Under the pieces are notes generated by a model. It was given only the letters and a program-made list of their open reading frames with translations. It did no database searches and was not told where the DNA came from. This document shows positions 21,809 through 31,974 of a stretch of DNA of 64,000 nucleotides, in pieces. Origin of the DNA: an uncultured bacterium. Its GTDB lineage: Bacteria; Desulfobacterota_D; UBA1144; Nemesobacterales; UBA2774. The DNA is taken from positions 1-64,000 of the forward strand of contig CAWGRW010000010.1 of the NCBI GenBank assembly GCA_963825135.1, written 5' to 3'. Position 1 is the stretch's first letter, and each line of letters opens with the position of its first letter. A program made the position numbers and the translations under genes.

Positions 21809-22423
21809 TCAATGTATCTCGATAATACCCGAATGGTGCGCAGTCGCGATGACGAACCTCCCGGTAGCATGCGAGAGCAGCAGCTTCGCGCTGCCCGAGA
21901 AATTAACGGCGCCCGACGCGTCAACGAACCTTCCTGTGCCCCCCGTGACCATCCATTGCCCCTCGAAGTCGATAACGGCATCGTCCCCGGAGTCAGCCGG
22001 AACGCACTGGTTATTCGAAATAAATTCGCCCGTTATAATATCCCCCGACTCCTCCACCTGAAGCGCAATGTGCCCCTGCACGAGCTCGTATATATTTCCC
22101 GGAACGCCTTCCGCCGTAATACAGGGGACCGCCGGATCCTTGATCGATGTTTCGATGACTTCGGAGAAGTTGATACTTCCCACATCGGCGGCTGCTCCGT
22201 TAGCTCGCAGGATAAGGGCGTTTTTCCCGTCTCCGTCCGTGTCTATCGACGAGTCAGTCCCTGAACCGGAAAAGATCGTATCGAGCGAAATTTGATTTTC
22301 CTCTGCCTCTCCCCCCCTGCCGCACCCGGTCGAGGCCGCGAGAATGAACACGAATGCGAGACCTATAAAGCACCCTGAATTTCGTTTTGCCCGAGTCATA
22401 ACCGCCCCGAATGAAAGCTCCAT
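21809..22423 (-). CDS. Hypothetical lipoprotein
   Basis: Hydrophobic stretch + STGC; VTGGTGRF beta-barrel-type motif; start uncertain. Confidence 0.55.
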   Translation of the reverse strand: MELSFGAVMTRAKRNSGCFIGLAFVFILAASTGCGRGGEAEENQISLDTIFSGSGTDSSIDTDGDGKNALILRANGAAADVGSINFSEVIETSIKDPAVPCITAEGVPGNIYELVQGHIALQVEESGDIITGEFISNNQCVPADSGDDAVIDFEGQWMVTGGTGRFVDASGAVNFSGSAKLLLSHATGRFVIATAHHSGIIEIH

Positions 22424-22684
22424 GAATCGCCCTCCGCACACACGCTGTATAAGCATATAACCGTTTCATGGTTTCTGTTATAAAAGATAAAACGTCCCCG
22501 TTACCGGGGGCCGACTATGAAGGAAGATAAACATATGTTCCGCAACCCGCATCGATCATAATGAATGAACGCCCGCCCGATCAGAGAGAGATTCTTTAAT
22601 ACAGCGGGGGATAATCTCGGGAGCGGCTGTCCCGAAAGCCTGCGGTGCTTTATAATATTCATCCGGAGGCGATCGGTCTGACTC

Positions 22685-23485
22685 ATGGGCGACAGCGGAA
22701 TATTCACTAACCGGACGTTTCTTCTCTACCTCATACCGGTGCTCATAGGCGCGCTCGTCGGGGTTCTGTTCCTCATCCCCGTGAACGCGCTCGTATTTTA
22801 CTTCGAGCACAGGCCCGGCGGGGGCTCGGCCCTCGAATACGCGGCGGCCGAGCTGATGTGGGCGCTCACGGGCGGTATGCCGCTCAAGACCTTATTTTAC
22901 GCGTGCGTGGGCGCGTTCCTCGGGCTCGTATCCGCGTTCTTCTACAGCGCTCTCTACAGGAGCGCGCTCAGCATAAGGAAGCTCAGCGAGGAGCTGGAAA
23001 AAGGGCTCCTGCCGCTCATCGCGCACGGGGAAGGCCCGCATCTCGAATTCAAGTCCACGTTCAGGTGGGACGTTAAGGAAGGGAATGCGAACCGGGGCGT
23101 GGAGGAGGCGGTGATCAAGACGCTCGCCGGGTTCATGAACGGCGACGGCGGGACGCTCATCATAGGGGTGTCGGACGATGGGCGGGTAACGGGGCTGGAA
23201 GACGATTACAGGACGCTCAAGAAAAAGGACAGGGACGGCTTCGGCCAGGCGCTGATGACGGCCGTGTCGACGAAGCTGGGGACGGACGCGTGCCGTTACG
23301 TCGAGCCGGTCTTCCACAGCGTCTCGGGTAAAGACGTATGCAGGGTCATCGTGAAGCCCGCCCGGAGGCCCGTGTATCTGAAAGAGGGGAACGACATGAA
23401 GTTCTACCTGCGCACGGGCGTGAGCACGAGGCGGCTCAACATACAGGAGGCGGTCGAGTTCATATCGACCAGGTGGGGGAAGTGA
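22685..23485 (+). CDS. Membrane-anchored Schlafen AlbA_2-domain protein
   Basis: Two N-terminal TM segments; GEGPHLEFKST, AGFMNGDGGTLIIGVSDDG, FYLRTG. Confidence 0.8.
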   Translation: MGDSGIFTNRTFLLYLIPVLIGALVGVLFLIPVNALVFYFEHRPGGGSALEYAAAELMWALTGGMPLKTLFYACVGAFLGLVSAFFYSALYRSALSIRKLSEELEKGLLPLIAHGEGPHLEFKSTFRWDVKEGNANRGVEEAVIKTLAGFMNGDGGTLIIGVSDDGRVTGLEDDYRTLKKKDRDGFGQALMTAVSTKLGTDACRYVEPVFHSVSGKDVCRVIVKPARRPVYLKEGNDMKFYLRTGVSTRRLNIQEAVEFISTRWGK

Positions 23486-23607
23486 GGGTTTATCCGTACA
23501 ATCCCCATGAAAAATCTACCCTCCTTTCGGAGGGGAAAAGCGGCTTCCAGCCGCGACGACGGTAAATAATCGCGCCAGGACGGCGCTCCTGCAATCTGGC
23601 AAGGAAA

Positions 23608-24027
23608 TTACGTCGTGCTCAGCATGTCGCAGTACCTGTCGAACGCCGAGATAGTGTTTTCGATATTTTTTCTGTGGTAGCTCTTGAGCGTCCTCGCGAA
23701 CTTCTCTGCCTTCCTTTTCTTCATCTCGATGATATCCCTGCTGAAATCGCCGATGTTCTCGAAATGGGCGGCCAGGGGGTTGAGGTGATGCTCGAAGGGC
23801 TTTACCGCAGGCTCAATCTCGAGCACGTTCTTCATGAAGTCGAGACACCCAAGCTGCATCGCGAGCCACATCTCTAGCTGCATGTCCATAGCCTTGAGCG
23901 ATTCCTCGAGAAAGTTGCGATTGAGCTCCATCCACCCCAGATACTGCTCCTTTACCACTTCCGTCTGTTCCTTCACTTTACCCTGAACATCCACTACCTT
24001 GAGTCCGCTTACCGTCTTCTTTTTCAT
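23608..24027 (-). CDS. Hypothetical helical protein (possibly phasin-like)
   Basis: GGGAGG RBS; amphipathic helical composition. Confidence 0.55.
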   Translation of the reverse strand: MKKKTVSGLKVVDVQGKVKEQTEVVKEQYLGWMELNRNFLEESLKAMDMQLEMWLAMQLGCLDFMKNVLEIEPAVKPFEHHLNPLAAHFENIGDFSRDIIEMKKRKAEKFARTLKSYHRKNIENTISAFDRYCDMLSTT

Positions 24028-24172
24028 ATTGCCCCTCCCGAAGGCTTTGTTAATTTAGTATATATGCACGGAGCGTGCCGTAAACAGGGCGTTAATTAAT
24101 ACAGTCTTTATGAAGCGTTGCGGATACCTTTTCGGAGCAGTGACCGCCGCATGTGTAGTATGTCAGATTATC

Positions 24173-24565
24173 TTACGGGGCCGGGGACGACGCCTGCGCG
24201 TTGGGTTCCGTGAGTCCGAGCACGTCGAGGAGCCTTTTCCTTAGCTCGTACGCCTCGCGGGCACGGCTCTGGGGGAATTTGTCGGGCGGGTATTTCTCTA
24301 TCGCTTCCGTAAGCGACGCGAGGCTGTGCTCGGACGCGGTCGTGACCACGAGCGCGAAGGAGTGGTGGATGTCCGCTTCGAGATCGAGGAAATCGAGGTG
24401 GTAATGCACGGGCGTGTCGCACATGACCGTAATGGGGCTGCAGAGGACGCCCTTGCCTCTTATGTCGGTGAAGTTCGCGAACGGGGTCGGCTGGTGGATG
24501 TACCACTCGACCTTGTCCTTGTGCTTCACGAACTCTTCCATGAACTCGTCGACGGTGTTTATCAT
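24173..24565 (-). CDS. Hypothetical protein
   Basis: Coding-like from MINTVDEF; upstream part of the listed ORF is REP DNA. Confidence 0.55.
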   Translation of the reverse strand: MINTVDEFMEEFVKHKDKVEWYIHQPTPFANFTDIRGKGVLCSPITVMCDTPVHYHLDFLDLEADIHHSFALVVTTASEHSLASLTEAIEKYPPDKFPQSRAREAYELRKRLLDVLGLTEPNAQASSPAP

Positions 24566-24663
24566 GCGCCTTGCCTGCAGGATACCCCGGAACTTATTAT
24601 GCGCGGCGGGGGTGTAAAAGCAAATGTGGGGGGGTCGCTGCGGGGATGCGAGAGTAATTATCT

Positions 24664-24880
24664 TAATGTACACCCCCACCCTGGCCCTCCCCCTTGGAAA
24701 TGGGGAGGGAATTAAAGACTGGATCCCCGGTCGGGGTCGGGAATGACGGGAAAGGAAAAAGACGAGATTGCCGCGGTCGCAGGAATAGTCTGGCTGGCGC
24801 ATAGATAACTTTCTTACTTGCAATCAGCCGACAGCGACCGGTTCTTACGCTCGCTCAGAACCGTTCCTCGCAGTGACAAG
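24664..24880. repeat. Cluster of REP-like palindromes
   Basis: ttaatgtacacccccaccc (also 9071); ggatccccgg..gggaatgac (cf. 45742); gagattgccgcggtcgc (also 25853, 45784). Confidence 0.65.
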
Positions 24881-24953
24881 AAAAAAGGGGCGACAAGCAT
24901 AATGCTCGCTGCCCCTTCATATATTTCAGATATTAGGAAACCGGAACTTCGGC

Positions 24954-25682
24954 CTACGCCGCGAGCGACCGTTTGCGGGATGCGAAAATGAGGCCCGCGA
25001 GCCCCAGAACCCCGGCCATAGAGATCATCCCCCATTCGCCGAGCGTGGGTATGCTCTCGGTTACGGGACCGCCGCACCTAACGTCGTCGATCGCAAAATT
25101 AAACGTACCCAGGTTATCCGCCTCGGCCGCCCTGAACCTGACCGTCGAACCCGCGAATGCGGACAAGTCGAAATTTAGCGTCGTATAGCCTAATGACAGG
25201 GGATCGCCCGGATTCGTCTGGAAGAGATTCGACAAAACCCCCGCACCCACATCGAAGGGGTCGGCAGCCGGGTCCAGAATGTCTATTCTCGCTTGCTCGT
25301 TAGGATCCCCTGAATAAGATAAATCGGGCCCGGTCACGAGCTCTAAAGCCCCGACTACATAGTAATAAACAAGGGAACAGGTTTCTACATCTTCCGGAAC
25401 ATCTATATCCTGATAAAGGACTTGAGAGCTCGGACCACCCTGATTTGTCCCGGCCGCGAAATGTCCGACGGGAGGTGAGGGCAATGGAGATAAATTATGG
25501 CCGCTGTAAACGAACCAGTCGCCGCTGCTCCCGGGCTGCTGAACGACGGTCCACCCCGTAAAGTCGCCCGTCTCGAAGCTGCCGTTTACAAAGGGATCGA
25601 CTTGAGCCTGCGCGTCGGTATAAAAGAAGGAAAAAACGAATGCAGTAAATAAAGCTAGAGATAAAACGTGAAATGTACGCAT
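24954..25682 (-). CDS. IPTL-CTERM protein
   Basis: Signal peptide; NGSFETGDFTGW; IPTLGEWG + TM + RKR. Confidence 0.85.
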   Translation of the reverse strand: MRTFHVLSLALFTAFVFSFFYTDAQAQVDPFVNGSFETGDFTGWTVVQQPGSSGDWFVYSGHNLSPLPSPPVGHFAAGTNQGGPSSQVLYQDIDVPEDVETCSLVYYYVVGALELVTGPDLSYSGDPNEQARIDILDPAADPFDVGAGVLSNLFQTNPGDPLSLGYTTLNFDLSAFAGSTVRFRAAEADNLGTFNFAIDDVRCGGPVTESIPTLGEWGMISMAGVLGLAGLIFASRKRSLAA

Positions 25683-26066
25683 GGAATCATCCTCCTGTGG
25701 GTGATAATCACATTTTACAATGTTTACGGGAAAATGGAAGGGGGGGATTATCAGTTACGACGAGATTTTAAACGAGCCTGCCCCGGACCGTGTCCCGTAC
25801 CCGATACGGGATCTATTCAGGGTTCAGAACGGCGTACTCAAAGGATAAAGACGAGATTGCCGCGGTCGCGGCGATCTTTCTTTCTTTTCACGAGATCAAT
25901 ACGGCAGGAAGACGGAAACTGATATTTGCCAGTCCTGATAGAGAGTTATGAAGATATAGCGCGATTCCGCGGAAATTAAAGCACTTGATTACAATACTTA
26001 AAATAAAGTATTAACATTTGTATGAAAGCGTGTTACTATTTGAGAGAATTTAAAGGAGGAAGTGCC

Positions 26067-26624
26067 ATGACACGCCTTATCCTTTCGGTTGCTGCTGTTC
26101 TTCTGATTTCGGCGGGATACGCGAACGGGGCGACTGCCCCGATGCCGGAGGGATACGGCGTCGTTGTGGATGTTGACTGGCCGTCCCAGCCGGGGCACCG
26201 GAGGTACAACGTGGGGAACGGGGACATAGTCACGGGGAGATACGGGTGGTACAGCCCGCCCGGGGCCGTGGGCCCTGAAGGCTACAACGTGCTCATAATC
26301 ACGAAGCCCATAAGCAAGGCCCGCACGTACATCGTGTTCGAGGCGTCGAACATAGACCCCGAGGTGCTGAAGAAGAAGCTCGGCAGGCTCGAGGGCGAGA
26401 TACGCGACGTCGGGACGGACGAGGGCGCGCTCAAGCCGGGCGATAACGTGCACATAACTACGGAGGACTTCATGGGCCTCACGAGGATCACGCTTGACTT
26501 CACGCGCGGGGAGAAGATGAAACCCGTCGCGAAGTTCTCTTTCATCAACCACCTGACGCACCCGAACGCAGACCCGAATGACCCCGCCTACCCTTATATA
26601 CCCTATATTTCCGAGATACAGTGA
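26067..26624 (+). CDS. Secreted hypothetical protein
   Basis: AGGAGG RBS; signal peptide. Confidence 0.65.
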   Translation: MTRLILSVAAVLLISAGYANGATAPMPEGYGVVVDVDWPSQPGHRRYNVGNGDIVTGRYGWYSPPGAVGPEGYNVLIITKPISKARTYIVFEASNIDPEVLKKKLGRLEGEIRDVGTDEGALKPGDNVHITTEDFMGLTRITLDFTRGEKMKPVAKFSFINHLTHPNADPNDPAYPYIPYISEIQ

Positions 26625-26750
26625 GGGGTCGTATCAGCCCCGGCGGCGGTCCCGTACAATATCGCGCAGCCGATTGAATGCCATAATTATAAAAGTTAAA
26701 ATACAGACAGTCACACTGACTCGTACCAAATGCTCCGACGGAGGATCAGG

Positions 26751-27521
26751 ATGAAAAGATTTGCCGCTGTGATTTCGCTTATCGCAATGCTTTCTCTGTA
26801 CGCGGGACGGGTTTCGGCCTATGAAATCACTATAACGCCCGCAGAGCCCGACGTAGAGAATTGCTACCCGTTCGGCGAGGGGCAGGATTCCCCTCTCGAC
26901 GAGCCGATCTGGCCGCCTTACGCGGGGTTCATATATCAGAACGTCCCGCCGTTTAATCTCAAGGCCGGGGACACGCTCGCGTTTGACCTGGGAGCAGTCG
27001 CCAGCCAGGACGTGCAGTTAGACATAGAGCTCGCGGCGACTACGTCCAACGGGGGGATCGACCCCGTGCTGCCCTTCACGAAGGTCGTCTCGAACACGCA
27101 GACCCCGCTCAACCCGAGGGGGGACGATATAATCGGCGACTTCGAGATGCAGTTCACGGCCGAGCGGGATTTTAATTTTCCGGGCGGCGGATTAATCATC
27201 CGGTTCTCGAACCCTTCGCCGGCTTATGCAGCCACTCATGACTGCGACCAGGTCCTGGTAAAGGCCTTCTCGACCGATCCGAGCGGATTTTTCATTCAGA
27301 GATTTTTCAACGACCTCGACGGCCTGCCCCCGTATATCGACAACTTAGAGCCGGGCAATACCTCGGGGTTCTTTGACGACATCGGCGGGTTCAGGGTAAC
27401 GAGCGATTCGACTCGGATACCGACGCTCTCCGAGTGGGGGATGATCGCCGCGGCCGCCGTGCTCGGACTCGCGGGCATCTTCTACGCGGCGAGGCGGAAG
27501 AGAGTGATAGTTAATTCTTAA
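26751..27521 (+). CDS. IPTL-CTERM protein
   Basis: Signal peptide; IPTLSEWG + TM + RRKR. Confidence 0.85.
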   Translation: MKRFAAVISLIAMLSLYAGRVSAYEITITPAEPDVENCYPFGEGQDSPLDEPIWPPYAGFIYQNVPPFNLKAGDTLAFDLGAVASQDVQLDIELAATTSNGGIDPVLPFTKVVSNTQTPLNPRGDDIIGDFEMQFTAERDFNFPGGGLIIRFSNPSPAYAATHDCDQVLVKAFSTDPSGFFIQRFFNDLDGLPPYIDNLEPGNTSGFFDDIGGFRVTSDSTRIPTLSEWGMIAAAAVLGLAGIFYAARRKRVIVNS

Positions 27522-27586
27522 AACCAAATGCGAAATCCCCCTTAATCCCCCTTTTTCCAAGGGGGATATTGAAAAGAAGAATAATA

Positions 27587-27622
27587 AAAGCCCGTATCTT
27601 CCAGGAGGAAGATACGGGCTTT
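27587..27622. terminator. Bidirectional rho-independent terminator
   Basis: Perfect 16-bp stem aaagcccgtatcttcc/ggaagatacgggcttt between convergent genes. Confidence 0.7.
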
Positions 27623-27775
27623 GTGCGTGAAGCGTTCCCTGTTCCGCTTCCGGTTTGCCTTTTCATCTGAAACGCGAATTTGAAATGCGCCGCGGGCCCC
27701 TGGCCCCTCGCTCAGGGTTATGGAACCCGCCGGCGCGCTTCATCCGTTCCGGGAGACGAACCGTCAGGTTCTCTC

Positions 27776-28297
27776 TCAGAACGCCTTTTGCTTTTCTAAT
27801 ATGTTATCGTCGGGAAGGTCCTCCGCGGAATAAACTATCTTCTCCACGTCGGGCGGCACTCCCTGCTCTACGAAGCTCACGAGCCTCCCGTTACTGATCT
27901 CGGCGGATATATTGAACCCCGTCGTAAGCGCCTTTTCCTGAGCGTCGTTTATCTTGACCTCGTATTCGATGCGCGTGCCCGCCTCGGACATCCGCATCAC
28001 GTTATCGCCCACGAGCGTCACCGTGCCGATGACGCTGCCGGTCGAGCCCTGCATGAACCTCGGAATGTAGCTTCGGCGTGCGATCTCGTCCGGGTCGCTC
28101 GCGGCGCGCTCCCTTTCCATCTCGTTCTCGAATTCCCTTGCCTCCGCGTCCGTACCCCGGCCGTCGTATTGCGCCTGAGGCGCTGAGTATTCGTAATCCT
28201 CAGCAGCGGGCGCGGCTTCACCCGCTCCGGATACGGCCCCGAAACCCGTGCCGCCTAAAAGCAGTCCCGATACCGCGTAAACAAAGATCCTTTTCAT
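27776..28297 (-). CDS. Secreted hypothetical protein
   Basis: GGGAGG RBS; signal peptide. Confidence 0.65.
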   Translation of the reverse strand: MKRIFVYAVSGLLLGGTGFGAVSGAGEAAPAAEDYEYSAPQAQYDGRGTDAEAREFENEMERERAASDPDEIARRSYIPRFMQGSTGSVIGTVTLVGDNVMRMSEAGTRIEYEVKINDAQEKALTTGFNISAEISNGRLVSFVEQGVPPDVEKIVYSAEDLPDDNILEKQKAF

Positions 28298-28587
28298 CGT
28301 TCTACACCTCCCAGTGTGGTTTTGAAACGGTCTTTATATCCTCGTATGTGCATAGGACGTGCCAGCGGCGCAGTGATCAATAATTTCGTGTTATACGCGG
28401 CGAGTTGCGGGAGGGATGAATTTTCACACGCCCGGAGGGGGGAAAATTGTACGGATACGTACGGTACGGGGTGTTTAGAGGTATACAGCGCAGAAGGGTG
28501 GAGAACGGCCGGAAACACATGAGCCCCGCGGGGTATTCAGGTACGAACAATTTTCCGCTCGATAATTAAACCAAGCCTCCCCATTCC

Positions 28588-28637
28588 TTGACAAAGAGTA
28601 AAGTCCGGTTAATATTTTGATAACGAGTATCAATATC
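28588..28637 (+). promoter_or_regulatory. Promoter with Fur-box-like site
   Basis: TTGACA 28588; TAATAT 28610; GATAACGAGTATCAATATC (28619-28637) matches GATAATGATAATCATTATC at 15/19. Confidence 0.65.
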
Positions 28638-28666
28638 ACATTCATTCTCAGGGAGGAGGGAATAAA

Positions 28667-29791
28667 TTGAAGGGGATAATCACTTATTTGAAGCCTCGGA
28701 TAAGGCTGCTCATATTCATCCCGGTGCTGCTCTCGTGGGTCGTTCAGTCCTGCGGCAGCGGGGGCGGAGAGACGAGGGTAAAGACGAACGACGTGCTGAG
28801 AGACCTCGCCTACTTCGTAATACTCGACACCTACCAACAGCTCGAGCAGAGGGGGCAGACCCTCCAGAGCGCAATCGAGGCGCTCGCTGAAAATATTACT
28901 CCCGAGAACGTCACCGCCGCGCGTCAGGCATGGAGGGCCGCCAGGCAGCCCTGGGAATCGAGCGAGGGGTTCCTCATCGGTCCCGTAGAGACGGACGGCA
29001 TAGACCCGTCGATAGACAGCTGGCCCGTGGACACGACGGGCATACAGGCCGTACTCGCGAGCAATAACGACCTTACCCCCGAATTCGTATCCTTCCTCGA
29101 CGGCACGCTCAAAGGCTACCACACGATTGAATATATCCTCTTCACGAACGGAGGGGATACGGCGTCCGCGGAGGCAGTCGCCGGGTATCTCAATTCGAAC
29201 CCGAAAGCAGTACAGTTCCTCCACTCGCTCATCGTCGATTTCAACGAACAGGTGAGCAGCCTCGTCGTCTCATGGACCCCGGGAGAGGGCGGCTACGCCG
29301 ACGAGCTCGCTAACGCCGGGCAGGGGAGCGCCGTTTATCCAACGCTCAAAGCGGGACTCACGGAGGTCGTGAACGGCATTCTGGGAATAGCGGAAGAGGT
29401 GGGGAACGAGAAGCTCAATGTTCCCTTCTCCGAACAGAACCCCGTGTTCGTGGAGTCGAGGTTCAGCTCCAATTCGATTACCGATTTTATTAACAACATA
29501 ACCAGCATACAGAAGATTTATTTCGGCCTCAACGGGGGGCTCGCGCTCGACGACATAGTCGAGGGCATAAACGCGCCCGTGAACGACGACGTACAGAACG
29601 CTATCAACGAAGCGATCGACGCTATACACGAGATACCCGAGCCGTACAACGAGTCGCTCCTGGACCCCGCTCTGGCCCCGGTGATACAGAACGCTGTAGA
29701 CAAGGTCGGCGCCCTGCTTATCGTATTGCAGGAAGAGGTGTTCCCGATCATGTTCCCGGGCGGAGACAGACCGCCTGTGGATGAGACGTAA
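28667..29791 (+). CDS. Imelysin-family (IrpA-like) lipoprotein
   Basis: Lipobox VQSC; ARQAWRAARQPWE; IDSWPVD; KGYHTIEYILF (GxHxxE); ESRFS. Confidence 0.88.
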   Translation: MKGIITYLKPRIRLLIFIPVLLSWVVQSCGSGGGETRVKTNDVLRDLAYFVILDTYQQLEQRGQTLQSAIEALAENITPENVTAARQAWRAARQPWESSEGFLIGPVETDGIDPSIDSWPVDTTGIQAVLASNNDLTPEFVSFLDGTLKGYHTIEYILFTNGGDTASAEAVAGYLNSNPKAVQFLHSLIVDFNEQVSSLVVSWTPGEGGYADELANAGQGSAVYPTLKAGLTEVVNGILGIAEEVGNEKLNVPFSEQNPVFVESRFSSNSITDFINNITSIQKIYFGLNGGLALDDIVEGINAPVNDDVQNAINEAIDAIHEIPEPYNESLLDPALAPVIQNAVDKVGALLIVLQEEVFPIMFPGGDRPPVDET

Positions 29792-29889
29792 TTTTCGCGG
29801 CAGGGCCTTCACGCTTTCCCCGGAACCGGGCTCAGATGTGAAGGAGTAAGAGACAGAAGGAGTAAGAGACAATAGAAAGGCGGCGCGTC

Positions 29890-30085
29890 CGAGGCAAGAT
29901 TTGTTACCTCGCCCTCCCCGTCAATCCGGGTTTGGGACCCGTATTCAACAACAACTCCTGCCAGGGCTGTCACGCGAATAACGGCCGCGGAAAGCCGGAC
30001 GAAGCCCTGTCATCCCTCTTGTTCAGGGTAAGCGTCCCGGGCGAATCCGCGGTCGGCGGTCCCGACCCGGCGACGGGGTTCGGGC
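29890..30085 (+). pseudogene. Fragment of a di-heme oxidoreductase paralog
   Basis: GLGPVFNNNSCQGCHANNGRGKPDEALSSLLFRVSVPG is homologous to ~30390-30590; no full ORF. Confidence 0.7.
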
Positions 30086-30151
30086 GGCGGATATGGTACT
30101 GCCGCTCAATATCAAATTTACAGTGCGGAGCGGTACGAAGGGAGATAGAGA

Positions 30152-31546
30152 ATGGCGGGGCGCAAGATATTTGTGGAGATGCTGCTTTCAGTGATTGCCG
30201 TGGTGTCGTTCACGGGCGTTAACACAGCCTTGGGACAAGAGGACGGCAGTGAAAGGGCAAAGAAGGTAAACGAGCTTATGCTGGGGGGAGACGGTACGGT
30301 CTTCGACTCATCGAGCCAGGCGTTTACGTTCCCTGCCGCCGGTCTGTCCGCTAACGGATTAGTAAAGCATAACAGAGGGGACGGCGATTTCGACGCGATC
30401 TTCGTCAGCTCGCCCTCCCCCGTCAATCCCGGCCTGGGGCCTGTCTTTAACAACAACGCCTGCGGCAGCTGCCACGTGAACGACGGGCGGGGAAAACCGG
30501 ATGACGCGCTGACTTCACTGCTCTTCAGACTGAGCGTGCCCGGCACGTCGAATGTCGGGGGTCCCAGAAGGGTAAAGGACTACGGCCTTCAGCTTCAGAC
30601 GAGATCCACGATCGGAGCGCATCCCGAAGCGAGAGTGACCATAAAATACCAGGAAATAAGCGGAAAATACGGCGACGGCACGTCCTATTCGCTGAGAAAG
30701 CCCACGTACACGATCGTAGACCCGTCGGCGACCCTGCCCAAAAACCTGCTGCTGTCGCCGCGCATAGCGCCGTTTGTCTTCGGCGCGGGGCTTCTGGAGG
30801 CCATACCCGAGGACGAGATACTGGCTAACGCCGACCCGGACGACGAGGACGGGGACGGTATTTCGGGAAGACCCAATTACGTATGGGACGCCCGGAAAAA
30901 AAAGATACAACTCGGAAGGTTCGGATGGAAGGCTGATACCCCGACGGTATTCCAGCAGGTCTCGGCGGCTTATAACGAGGATATGGGGGTCACGAACCCG
31001 CTCTTCCCCGTGGAGAGCTCTTTCAAGCAGTCCCAGGACGACGGCAAAGCCGACGACCCGGAGCTGGGTTTAGGGACCGTGGACGATACGGCGTTTTACG
31101 TTCAGACTCTGGGTGTTCCGGCGAGGAGGGAATTTAACTCCCAGTCGAGGAAAGGGCAGAAGCTTTTCGATCAGGCCGGATGCTCGTCCTGTCATCTGCC
31201 GGTCCACGTCACGGGGGTCCATCCGACGAGAAATGAGAAGGTGCTCAACAACCAGGTCATATTCCCTTACACGGACCTGCTCCTTCACGACATGGGCCCG
31301 GGGCTGGCCGACAGGAGGCCGGTATTCGTCGCAAACGGCAGGGAATGGAAGACCCCTCCCCTATGGGGCACGGGGCTTATTATCGTGACTAACGGTCACA
31401 CGAACCTTCTCCATGACGGCAGAGCGAGGAACCTCGAGGAAGCGATTCTATGGCACGACGGCGAGGGCAAAGAGTCGAGGGAATTCTTCCGCAACCTGAA
31501 GAAAGCCGACAGGGACGCGCTCATCGCGTTCTTGAAGAATCTATAG
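30152..31546 (+). CDS. Di-heme oxidoreductase family protein (DUF1111-like)
   Basis: Two CxxCH (CGSCH, CSSCH); DPDDEDGDGISGR; GRFGWKA; YTDLLLHDMG; LLHDGRAR. Confidence 0.9.
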   Translation: MAGRKIFVEMLLSVIAVVSFTGVNTALGQEDGSERAKKVNELMLGGDGTVFDSSSQAFTFPAAGLSANGLVKHNRGDGDFDAIFVSSPSPVNPGLGPVFNNNACGSCHVNDGRGKPDDALTSLLFRLSVPGTSNVGGPRRVKDYGLQLQTRSTIGAHPEARVTIKYQEISGKYGDGTSYSLRKPTYTIVDPSATLPKNLLLSPRIAPFVFGAGLLEAIPEDEILANADPDDEDGDGISGRPNYVWDARKKKIQLGRFGWKADTPTVFQQVSAAYNEDMGVTNPLFPVESSFKQSQDDGKADDPELGLGTVDDTAFYVQTLGVPARREFNSQSRKGQKLFDQAGCSSCHLPVHVTGVHPTRNEKVLNNQVIFPYTDLLLHDMGPGLADRRPVFVANGREWKTPPLWGTGLIIVTNGHTNLLHDGRARNLEEAILWHDGEGKESREFFRNLKKADRDALIAFLKNL

Positions 31547-31974
31547 AGATTGCCAAGGGCCCGCGGCAAAGAGGGCCCGTTCTCAGATTTTGGACGCAGC
31601 GAGCCGCCGCGGACCACAATGAGAAGGGGAAACCGTCCCCGGCAAACCCGGCGTAATAATAAAAATATGCGCGGCCGATCAGGCGGGAGCGGAGAAATTA
31701 ATAATCCCGCGTTATGCGTTAATAATTTAGAAGCTGATCAATTTATAAAAAAGGCAATCGGAAATAAAATTTTGATTGCCTTGAGATCCTCCTTGCAAGA
31801 GAATAACAAGGCAAAAAGTTCGTGTCTTATTCTTATATGGGTTCATAATTGCAAAGTAATATTAATGAACTATGATATTCCTGTTCCTCGAAACATATGC
31901 TCGAGCAGGCTTGCAGAACCTAAGCAATATGTAAGGTAACAATGGGAGTCCGCGCTCATAGGGAGAAAACTACA

